From Eubacteriales bacterium (GTDB lineage: Bacteria > Bacillota > Clostridia > Oscillospirales > CAG-272), in assembly GCA_045577925.1 (NCBI GenBank), contig JAZNJH010000008.1, forward strand, positions 15,973 through 79,972: a stretch of 64,000 nucleotides of DNA, given 5' to 3'. This document shows, piece after piece, positions 56,565-64,000 of the stretch. A program made the position numbers and the translations under genes. The notes under the pieces were generated by a model. It saw only the letters and a program-made list of their open reading frames with translations, was not told the origin of the DNA and did no database searches. Each line of letters begins with the position of its first letter. Position 1 is the first letter of the stretch.

Positions 56565-57263
56565 TTATAAATTTCTTTCTCCGAAGAGAGTAGTGCCGAG
56601 TCTTATACGGGTTGAGCCGGCAAGTACTGCTTGAACATATGAAGAACTCATACCCATAGAAAGAATGTCCATACTTATATTATGTATGTTTTTTTCACAA
56701 ATGTCAATAAAATATTGATAAGTTTCCGAAAAATATTTTAAAATTTTTTCATTTTCGTCGCATTTTGGCGCAATAGTCATTAAACCGCGTACTTTAATTG
56801 ACTTGAAAACAGAAAGCTCTTCCAAAAAATTAACCAGGTCTTCCGGCATAACGCCACCTTTTTGAGGCTCGCGACCAATATTCAACTCAACAAGCACCTC
56901 CATGATCTTTCCGGCCTTTTCTGCTCTCGAGTCGATTTCTTTTGCAAGCTTTAGAGAATCAAGCGATTCGATCATATCAACTTTATCAATAATATATTTG
57001 ACTTTATTGGTCTGCAAAGATCCGATAAGGTGAATTCTTACCTTTCTGTCTGCTGGAAAGTTTATACTATCATATTTTGATAAAAGCTCCTGAACGCGGT
57101 TCTCGCCAATTATTGAAATGCCAAGTTCGTTGATAGCGTAGTTTATTGCTTCAACTGGTTGATTTTTGGTAACAGCCATAATTTCAACATTACGGTCCGT
57201 TAATGAAGCTAGTGCTTGTGTTACCTTATTGTAGTTTTCTTTAATAATGTTAAAATCAAGCAT
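56565..57263 (-). CDS. YggS family pyridoxal phosphate homeostasis protein
   Basis: PLP lysine in IMAVTKNQP, HLIGSLQTNK, and a C-terminal GMSSS. Confidence 0.9.
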   Translation of the reverse strand: MLDFNIIKENYNKVTQALASLTDRNVEIMAVTKNQPVEAINYAINELGISIIGENRVQELLSKYDSINFPADRKVRIHLIGSLQTNKVKYIIDKVDMIESLDSLKLAKEIDSRAEKAGKIMEVLVELNIGREPQKGGVMPEDLVNFLEELSVFKSIKVRGLMTIAPKCDENEKILKYFSETYQYFIDICEKNIHNISMDILSMGMSSSYVQAVLAGSTRIRLGTTLFGERNL

Positions 57264-58507
57264 CAGTTTATCACCTTGCCTTCATACAGATCCTTGCCGC
57301 TTACGATAATATTATCGTAAATATACAGTACACCGTACGGCGTTTTGGTAAGGTCGGGAATTGCAGCAATATAATAATTCTCGTTTTGCGCAAGAATCTC
57401 CAGTGTGCAGAAATAAACCCTTGAACCGTAGAGTATGTATACACCCGTCTGTCCATCAATGATACGAAGTGCAGCAGAAGGTACCTTTATTCCGGACACA
57501 GAGCTTTGTATTATTTTTACCGGTTGTACCCTTGAAAATGAAAAGTCTTTGGGTGAGTCGAATGATTCAAAAATAAGAAGAGCACCGTCTGAGCTGGTAT
57601 CCGAAACTGATTTGACTAATTTAAGCGTCAGCTTTTTGTTCGAGTTTGATCCGAATACTATGTCATAGCTTGTACCGACGCTATAATTTTTGAGATCAGA
57701 TTTAGTAACACTGCACACAAGATACCATCTGTAATCGTAGGCGATCTTTCCTATAATACCGCCGTCAGTGTTTTCCGGTGATTTATTAGTATATTCAATA
57801 AAATCGTCATATGACATCTGGAGTGCTCTGTCGGCAGTGAATATGCCTTCATAACCATCGCAGGAGGAATAAAAATAACCCGAGTAATCTGAATATATGT
57901 TTGAAGTCGCGCTTCCCAGCGAATTAGCATACTTGGAGCGCTCGTTCATAAGTAATTCTATCTGACTGTCAAAATTATTGATTTCGCCGGTTATAACCAT
58001 TCTTCTGTTTAACAGTGTCAGCAGATCGTCTGAAGACGATATTGCACCGGTTATATTTTTCTCTTCAAGTCCGTGCCTTATCGCATAGTATATATCGCTA
58101 AGCCGCGCATCAACAGTAGACGTATCGGAGGTTAGATAGGTTTTGTCAATATTGCTGTTTTCAAGAAAATCAATTCTTTTATCAATATCGATAAGCGTAC
58201 TTCCTCTTGATTCACTTTCATCTGCATATAGAGAAGCTATCAGCGCATTTTTTGGGACCTTCGTGCCGTCATCAAAATAGTATGCCGCGGATATGCCTCC
58301 TGAATCTGACCTGATAACGTATTCATTTTTCATTATGTACGCATCACATGAAAGTGATATTTCTTCTGTAACAGGATAAGCAATTTCCGTAACGATTTGA
58401 TCGGCGCTTGAAAAGAACATGTGATATATCAGGTACGCAGATAATGCTAATAAAATTACAGAGGTGATCAAGTATTTAAAAATTTTGTTTTTCAAGCTTT
58501 TTTCCAT
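57263..58507 (-). CDS. Membrane-anchored hypothetical protein, possibly HlyD/membrane-fusion-like
   Basis: One N-terminal TM segment (YLITSVILLALSAYLIY) followed by about 380 extracytoplasmic residues. Stop overlaps the yggS start. Family assignment is tentative. Confidence 0.55.
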   Translation of the reverse strand: MEKSLKNKIFKYLITSVILLALSAYLIYHMFFSSADQIVTEIAYPVTEEISLSCDAYIMKNEYVIRSDSGGISAAYYFDDGTKVPKNALIASLYADESESRGSTLIDIDKRIDFLENSNIDKTYLTSDTSTVDARLSDIYYAIRHGLEEKNITGAISSSDDLLTLLNRRMVITGEINNFDSQIELLMNERSKYANSLGSATSNIYSDYSGYFYSSCDGYEGIFTADRALQMSYDDFIEYTNKSPENTDGGIIGKIAYDYRWYLVCSVTKSDLKNYSVGTSYDIVFGSNSNKKLTLKLVKSVSDTSSDGALLIFESFDSPKDFSFSRVQPVKIIQSSVSGIKVPSAALRIIDGQTGVYILYGSRVYFCTLEILAQNENYYIAAIPDLTKTPYGVLYIYDNIIVSGKDLYEGKVIN

Positions 58508-58540
58508 ACGATCCCCCTTTCGTTTAAACGATATTGATAA

Positions 58541-59518
58541 TTACTTATCTATTGTAGCACAAAAGCCTTTACTGTTTAAGTAAGACACAGCATTGTTTAC
58601 AATAATTTTAAATCTGTCATTTTCGTTTTCTGTTTTATCAGGATATAACCAATAAATTTCGCTGTTTCTTCTGAACCAGGTCATCTGCCTTTTTGCATAT
58701 CGTCTTGTTTCTCTTTTTATGGATTCGATTGCATCACAAAGAGGAGTATTATCCAAAACGTGACTTAAGAGCTCTTTGTATCCGATTGCCTGAGCAGCCG
58801 TTGTCCCCGGACGTAATGCTGATATAGCTGCCAATATTTTCACTTCGTCAACAAGACCGTTGTTTATCATTATATCAACTCTTTTATTAATCCTATCGTA
58901 TAAAGCTTCACGGTTGTTATATGCAATTCCTAGTACCGTAGCATCATATTCTCTCGTTTTGGTACGAGAGCGCTTGTCCCATTCAGTCTTGGTAACATTA
59001 GAAGTGTGAAATATTTCAAGAGCCCTGATAACCCGTTTTAAGTTATTGGGGTGAATACTTTTGGCACTTTCGGGATCAACTTTTACTAACATATCGTAAA
59101 CAAAATCATTACCGTTAGCCTCGGCAAGAGCAAAAAGCTTATTTCTGTACTCGAGATCGGTAACTGTATCAGAAAATTCAGTTCCTGTGATAATATTGTC
59201 AATATACAACCCTGTACCGCCACAGAGTATCGGTAGCTTATTTCTGCTTAATATGTCGTCAATGGCTTTTTTTGCAAGAGCAGTAAATTCAGCGCAGGAA
59301 AAAGAATCGGTTATTTTAGGATCAACGATATCTACCATATGGTGTTTTACAAGCACTCTTTCTTCATTGGTGGGTTTTGCGGTACCAATGTCAAAGTACT
59401 TGTATATCTGCATTGAATCGCAGGACACTATCTCGCCGTCATATATACGTGCTAGCTCAAGCGCAAGTGCGCTTTTTCCTGAAGCGGTAGGACCGACTAC
59501 TGCAATTATTTTTTTCAT
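58541..59518 (-). CDS. miaA: tRNA dimethylallyltransferase
   Basis: P-loop VVGPTASGKS and CGGTGLY motifs. ATG at 59518; the ORF-track start is a GTG two codons upstream. Confidence 0.9.
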   Translation of the reverse strand: MKKIIAVVGPTASGKSALALELARIYDGEIVSCDSMQIYKYFDIGTAKPTNEERVLVKHHMVDIVDPKITDSFSCAEFTALAKKAIDDILSRNKLPILCGGTGLYIDNIITGTEFSDTVTDLEYRNKLFALAEANGNDFVYDMLVKVDPESAKSIHPNNLKRVIRALEIFHTSNVTKTEWDKRSRTKTREYDATVLGIAYNNREALYDRINKRVDIMINNGLVDEVKILAAISALRPGTTAAQAIGYKELLSHVLDNTPLCDAIESIKRETRRYAKRQMTWFRRNSEIYWLYPDKTENENDRFKIIVNNAVSYLNSKGFCATIDK

Positions 59519-59539
59519 ATACACACCTGTTACTTAATT

Positions 59540-60607
59540 TTATTGAATGAACATAGCGTCGCCAAAAGAAAAGAAGCGATAATTTTCTTTTATAGCAGTT
59601 TCATAAGCCTTCATGACAAAATCTTTGCCGGCTAATGCACTGACAAGCATCAAAAGAGTGCTTTCGGGAAGATGAAAGTTTGTAATAAGTGCATCAGTTG
59701 CTTTAAATTTATATCCGGGATAAATAAATATTCCTGTATCAGTGTCAACGGGTTGTATAACACCGTTTTCATCTGCAGCACTTTCAAGAGTGCGGCAAGA
59801 CGTTGTGCCAACGGCAATTATACGCCCCCCGTTTCTTTTTCGTTCGTTGATTATATCTGCGGATTCTTTTGATACACTTATAAATTCTGAATGCATAACG
59901 TGCTCTGTGACGTTATCAACCTTAACGGGTCTGAATGTGCCAAGACCAACGTGAAGCATAACGGGTACAACAGCAGCACCCTTTGTCTTGATACTGGCTA
60001 AAAGTTCTTCGGTAAAGTGAAGACCGGCGGTAGGCGCGGCAGCAGATCCTTCGTGCTTTGCATAAACAGTCTGATATCTGCTTTTGTCCTCAAGCTTTTT
60101 GGTAATGTAAGGAGGAAGCGGCATGCTTCCTATTATATCGAGAACGTTATATATATTTTCAAACTTGTTTTTATCATATTCGAATTTTAAAAGTCTGTTG
60201 CCACCTTCGAGTATATCTTCGACTTTAGCACTAAGAATACCGTCGCCGAATATAATAACAGTACCCACTTTACAGCGTTTTCCCGGCCTAGTCATGACCT
60301 CCCAAAGATCGAGTCCGCGTGAGCGGAGCATTACAACTTCGATATCAACACCTGTGTCTGCTTTATGACCATACATACGCGCAGGAATTACCTTGGAGTT
60401 ATTTATAACCAGAACATCATTTTCATTAATGTAATTTATTATGTCGTAAAACGTTTTATGTGAGATCTCGTGCGAGGTGCGGTTTAAAAGCATTAGCCGT
60501 GAGTGGTCGCGCTTTTCTGCCGGAGTTTGTGCAATCAGCTGTTGTGGAAGATCGTAATAAAAATCGTGTGTTGTAAGATCACATGCAATGCGTTCGTTGT
60601 TGATCAT
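59540..60607 (-). CDS. queA: S-adenosylmethionine:tRNA ribosyltransferase-isomerase
   Basis: FDYDLPQQLIAQTPAEKRDHSRLM N-terminus, AAPTAGLHFT and GDAMFI C-terminal motifs. Confidence 0.9.
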   Translation of the reverse strand: MINNERIACDLTTHDFYYDLPQQLIAQTPAEKRDHSRLMLLNRTSHEISHKTFYDIINYINENDVLVINNSKVIPARMYGHKADTGVDIEVVMLRSRGLDLWEVMTRPGKRCKVGTVIIFGDGILSAKVEDILEGGNRLLKFEYDKNKFENIYNVLDIIGSMPLPPYITKKLEDKSRYQTVYAKHEGSAAAPTAGLHFTEELLASIKTKGAAVVPVMLHVGLGTFRPVKVDNVTEHVMHSEFISVSKESADIINERKRNGGRIIAVGTTSCRTLESAADENGVIQPVDTDTGIFIYPGYKFKATDALITNFHLPESTLLMLVSALAGKDFVMKAYETAIKENYRFFSFGDAMFIQ

Positions 60608-60668
60608 ATAAGGTCTCCGTAAATAGATTTATACTAAATTTAAAACTGTGAAAGGCAGAATAATATAA

Positions 60669-61568
60669 ATGTCTGTTAAGAAGAAAACTGTATTTAAAGG
60701 ATGTGCAACCGCTCTTATAACCCCATTTTCAAAAGGTTCTGTTGACTATGAAAGTCTTGGCAGGTTGATAGAATTTCAGATAAGTGAGGGGGCAGACGCG
60801 CTTGTTGTATGTGGAACAACAGGAGAATCTGCAACTTTAGATGACGATGAACGACGAGAAGTGATATCCTTCAGCGTTACAAAAGCTGCAGGAAGAGTAC
60901 CTGTAATCGCCGGCACCGGATGTAATAATATAAACAAAGCCGTGGAACTGTCGAGATATGCCGGCGAATGCGGTGCAGATGCCGTGATGACTGTCACCCC
61001 ATATTACAATAAAGCAAGTGCAAACGGGCTCGTCAAAAGTTTTACCAAAATCGCAGACAATGTAAAAATACCTGTAATGATATATAACGTACCGTCAAGA
61101 ACGGGCATTGATATACCAATACACGTTTACAAAGAATTGTCTCAGCACGAGAATATATGCGCAGTAAAGGAAGCGAGCGGGAACATTGTTACCGTAGAGA
61201 AAATACTCGATAGCTGCGCCGATAGACTGGACGTATACAGCGGTAATGATGATATGACTTTGCCTGTATTGTCTGTTGGCGGAATAGGAGTAGTGTCAGT
61301 AGTATCAAATATCCTTCCAAAAAAAGTTCACGATTTGTGTGCCGCGTTTGAAATGGGACAAATTATGAAAAGTGCGCAAATTCAACTTGAACTGCTCGAA
61401 ATTATAAATGCTATGTTCTCTGAAATAAATCCTATACCGGTAAAAAGCGCAGCAGCACTTATCGGGCTTTGCTCAAATGAGATGAGACTTCCTTTGTGCG
61501 AGCTTGATGCACGTAACCTGAGAGAACTAATAAAAGTACTTGAAAAATACGATTTTGAAATTAAATGA
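60669..61568 (+). CDS. dapA: 4-hydroxy-tetrahydrodipicolinate synthase
   Basis: GTTGESATL, YNVPSRTG and the Schiff-base lysine in AVKEASGN. Confidence 0.9.
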   Translation: MSVKKKTVFKGCATALITPFSKGSVDYESLGRLIEFQISEGADALVVCGTTGESATLDDDERREVISFSVTKAAGRVPVIAGTGCNNINKAVELSRYAGECGADAVMTVTPYYNKASANGLVKSFTKIADNVKIPVMIYNVPSRTGIDIPIHVYKELSQHENICAVKEASGNIVTVEKILDSCADRLDVYSGNDDMTLPVLSVGGIGVVSVVSNILPKKVHDLCAAFEMGQIMKSAQIQLELLEIINAMFSEINPIPVKSAAALIGLCSNEMRLPLCELDARNLRELIKVLEKYDFEIK

Positions 61569-61571
61569 AGC

Positions 61572-61599
61572 ATAGGGCTGTCGGTAACGGCAGCCCTAT
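61572..61599. terminator. Bidirectional terminator between dapA and the Mrp-like gene
   Basis: atagggctgtcg-gtaa-cggcagccctat. Confidence 0.65.
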
Positions 61600-61603
61600 A
61601 TTA

Positions 61604-62431
61604 TTAAGCCTTTTCAATTTCGGAAAAAGCTGCATCGAGATAATCGTTTTCCATAAGCTCGAGCATTCCTCTGTCGGAAAGAGCTGCAAGCTTGGGATCG
61701 ATCGGAATCTTTGCAAGCACCTTGAGACCGAATTTTTCTGCAGTCTCATCAACGTGGCTTTCTCCGAATACTTTGTATTCCTTGCCGCAGTCGGGACATT
61801 TGTAATAGCTCATGTTCTCAACTATTCCGAGAACAGGAATATTCATCATTTTGGCCATATTGACTGCTTTTGCAACGATCATGTTTGCGAGTTCCTGAGG
61901 ACTTGTAACAATTATGATTCCATCAAGTGGAATAGACTGGAATACGGTAAGCGGTACGTCGCCCGTTCCGGGAGGCATGTCAATATACATATAATCTACG
62001 TCATTCCAGATTACGTCAGTCCAGAACTGCTTTACAGTTCCTGCAATAACAGGTCCGCGCCATACAACAGGCGTTTCTTTGTCGGAAAGCAGGAGATTTA
62101 CGCTCATAATCTCAATGCCGGTCTTTGTGGTGAGAGGAAAGATACCACCGTTTCCATCTCCTTCAACTTCGCCTTCCAAAGCAAAGATCTTGGGAATTGA
62201 AGGACCGGTTATATCGGCATCAAGAATTGCGGTTTTGAAGCCGAGACGCTGGGTGGTAACAGCAAGCATAGATGTGACGGCAGACTTACCAACACCGCCT
62301 TTGCCGCTAACAACACCAATTACTTTTTTTATATTAGAAAGCTCATGCGGCTTTTCAATCAAACTATCAGGCTGTCTTGAAGAGCAGTTGGCAGAACAGC
62401 TTGAACAATCGTGAGTACATTCGTTAGACAT
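61604..62431 (-). CDS. Mrp/NBP35 (ApbC) family iron-sulfur cluster carrier ATPase
   Basis: Deviant Walker A SGKGGVGKS, N-terminal Cys cluster CTHDCSSCSANC, and the CPDCGK motif. ATG at 62431 lies 8 nt after AAGGA. Confidence 0.85.
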   Translation of the reverse strand: MSNECTHDCSSCSANCSSRQPDSLIEKPHELSNIKKVIGVVSGKGGVGKSAVTSMLAVTTQRLGFKTAILDADITGPSIPKIFALEGEVEGDGNGGIFPLTTKTGIEIMSVNLLLSDKETPVVWRGPVIAGTVKQFWTDVIWNDVDYMYIDMPPGTGDVPLTVFQSIPLDGIIIVTSPQELANMIVAKAVNMAKMMNIPVLGIVENMSYYKCPDCGKEYKVFGESHVDETAEKFGLKVLAKIPIDPKLAALSDRGMLELMENDYLDAAFSEIEKA

Positions 62432-62631
62432 GTTGAACATCCTTTCAGAATTATAAACTAGATATATTATATCACAAAAAAATAAAAATGCAAGTACGAT
62501 TATAAAAAATGTAAAAAATAAGAACGAGCAAAGCAATGATGATAAATGTTTACAAAATTATATCAAATTTGTACAAAAGATTTTGTATACTAAACTTAAC
62601 AAAAGTGACAAAGAAAGGTGTGTTTAAACAC

Positions 62632-63024
62632 ATGAGAGAACGTTTTGTGCGATTTATGTACGGAAGATACGGTATGGATAAGCTCGGCATTTCGCTTATC
62701 GTAGCTTCAATGGTAATAACGTTGATATCGACATGGTTTGATTCGGACTTTATAATCGTTTCATACGTTTTGTTGTTATGGGAAGTATTCAGATATTTTT
62801 CAAAAAACACTTATAAGCGTTCTCGTGAAAATATTAAATTCCTATCTTTGACTTCGGATCTTAAAAAAAGGCTTTCATTAGTCAAAAATAAAATACGAGA
62901 CCGGAAAACTCATAGATATTTCGAATGTACAACCTGTCATAATAATTTGCGTGTTCCGAAGGGGAAGGGTGAAATCAGAGTTACGTGCCCTGTCTGTAAA
63001 ACGATTACTATTATAAAGACGTAA
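62632..63024 (+). CDS. Small membrane protein with a C-terminal zinc ribbon
   Basis: Two hydrophobic segments, then FECTTCHNNLRVPKGKGEIRVTCPVCKT (CxxC...CxxC). ATG at 62632 is preferred over the ORF-track start at 62536. Confidence 0.55.
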   Translation: MRERFVRFMYGRYGMDKLGISLIVASMVITLISTWFDSDFIIVSYVLLLWEVFRYFSKNTYKRSRENIKFLSLTSDLKKRLSLVKNKIRDRKTHRYFECTTCHNNLRVPKGKGEIRVTCPVCKTITIIKT

Positions 63025-63189
63025 TCTGCAAAATATTAAAAGACTATTTACATTTTTGATTGTATATGTTATCATATTAGGTGTTAAAAATAATCACAAC
63101 AATAAAACGGCGGTGATGAATTGGAACAAAATAACAGACAAAACAAAAATATACCGCGTAATATCAAAAGTACCCCGAAAACACCCGAT

Positions 63190-64000
63190 ATGCGCTCTTT
63201 GGCTAATAAATCGACACAGGCTAAAAAAAGACCCCTGAACATACAGAATGATAAAAAAATATCACGTGATCAGCAAAAATTGTCTTCAAGACCAACTCCT
63301 AAAAATGTTTCTGCTAAATCATCGAAACGAATTAGTACCGATAAGCCTGTGACGTTAACTCGCGAGGAGAGAATCAAGCTCATAAATGAAGAGAAAGAGC
63401 GGATAAAATTTGCTAAAAGAGCCCGCTTTGAATATATCAGATCAGCGTTTATTCTATTTGCTATATCTTTTGCAATATTTGCACTTATCTTCGTGGTTGC
63501 TTTTTATTTTGTTTTAACCTCACATAAAGATCCTGACGTCAGAAATTATACGCTTGAACTTGCAGACTATGAAAGCAGCAGTATTGTTGAAAACGGCAGC
63601 GTAGTGGGTCCAAACGGAATACGATACGTTAACTTTTCCAAGCTTGCTGAGTTTTATGGATTTGCAATGGTTGGCAGCATAGATAACATGAAATATGTTG
63701 TTAAATCGAGCGACAACGAGACGGTGTCATTTACTCCCGATTCAGACAAAGTTATCGTAAATGACGTTGCAGTACGAGCAGATGGCCCTGCGTTTTATAA
63801 AAATGGCGATCTTTTTGTGTGTGAAAGCTTTGTAAATAATTATATTCTCGGCTTTAATTTCGAAAAAGACATGCGTGAACGAAAAGTTACAGTAAAAAGA
63901 ATCCTTTTGAACACTGTTGATGCAGACGGAGTAATAGCAGACGGAAATTCTCCTGAATATGAAAATCTTGCATTCACACTTAAGGCACCGGTTATAACGG
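63190..64000 (+). CDS. Partial CDS running off the window: basic N-terminal tail, one TM segment, extracytoplasmic domain
   Basis: Frame is open from 63106 to the window end and is not in the ORF track because it has no stop. It reads MRSLANKSTQAKKRP...FILFAISFAIFALIFVVAFYFVL...VSFTPDSDKVIVNDVAVRADGPAFYKNGDLFV. An alternative TTG start lies at 63121, after GGTGA. Confidence 0.55.
   Translation, partial: MRSLANKSTQAKKRPLNIQNDKKISRDQQKLSSRPTPKNVSAKSSKRISTDKPVTLTREERIKLINEEKERIKFAKRARFEYIRSAFILFAISFAIFALIFVVAFYFVLTSHKDPDVRNYTLELADYESSSIVENGSVVGPNGIRYVNFSKLAEFYGFAMVGSIDNMKYVVKSSDNETVSFTPDSDKVIVNDVAVRADGPAFYKNGDLFVCESFVNNYILGFNFEKDMRERKVTVKRILLNTVDADGVIADGNSPEYENLAFTLKAPVIT

Noticed and set aside
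61565-62200. A 211-aa plus-strand ORF starting at an ATGA overlap with the dapA stop, antisense to the Mrp-like gene
   Set aside because: - The bidirectional terminator at 61572-61599 lies inside its first 12 codons.
- The opposite strand encodes a protein with a clear Walker A motif.
62432-62536. A hydrophobic 35-aa N-terminal extension of the Mrp-like ATPase (the ORF-track start)
   Set aside because: - The AAGGA RBS sits 8 nt before the internal ATG at 62431.
- The extension lies in AT-rich promoter-like DNA.
- Mrp/NBP35 proteins are soluble.

Overview
Mostly core chromosome from a low-GC Gram-positive anaerobe, roughly 40-45% GC by eye. The Firmicutes syntenies tilS-hpt-ftsH, yybS-gdpP-rplI-dnaB and yggS-sepF-yggT-ylmH-divIVA-lspA-rluD point to a Clostridia/Oscillospiraceae-like organism; that taxon call is inference. 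I call about 62 CDS, one tRNA-Thr(CGU), one preQ1-I riboswitch, and a set of sigma-A-type promoters, operators and intrinsic terminators. I saw no rRNA, CRISPR array, IS element or prophage.

Main blocks:
- 1.3-15.2 kb (minus strand): a tightly packed run nagA-like, metG, tatD, a compact glycyl-radical-enzyme homologue, asnB-like, ATP-grasp ligase, Asp racemase, murE, argS, yebC.
- 15.4-19.3 kb: asd, two small divergent genes, hpf, tRNA-Thr and an sdpR/sdpI pair.
- 19.3-29.3 kb: an eight-gene pyrimidine operon, pyrC-carA-carB-pyrK-pyrD-pyrF-pyrE-pyrB.
- 30.7-34.7 kb: a deoC-deoD-deoB-pdp nucleoside catabolism operon.
- 34.8-35.6 kb: preQ1 riboswitch plus a YhhQ-type transporter.
- 35.6-47.4 kb: nrdR, GH31, ftsH, hpt, tilS, dnaB, rplI, gdpP, yybS.
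- 47.5-52.7 kb: small accessory-looking genes, a Xer-type recombinase and argG.
- 52.7-64 kb: the late cell-division cluster, miaA, queA, dapA, an Mrp-type ATPase, and a partial membrane protein at the window edge.

Observations most worth follow-up:
1. carA has lost all three glutaminase triad residues, which predicts an ammonia-dependent carbamoyl-phosphate synthetase.
2. pyrB carries only the zinc domain of the PyrI regulatory chain as a C-terminal fusion.
3. The pyr leader has a terminator but no recognisable PyrR site.
4. asnB, an ATP-grasp ligase, an Asp racemase and murE (DNPD instead of DNPR) sit in one operon, which predicts a Lys-D-Asp/D-iAsn peptidoglycan cross-bridge.
5. A short, activase-less glycyl radical enzyme homologue with an unusual RIWGW glycine motif is embedded in the metG-tatD operon.
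6. The 3' end of tRNA-Thr is duplicated 180 bp downstream, like an integration scar.

All homology calls come from reading motifs in the supplied translations. No database search was run.
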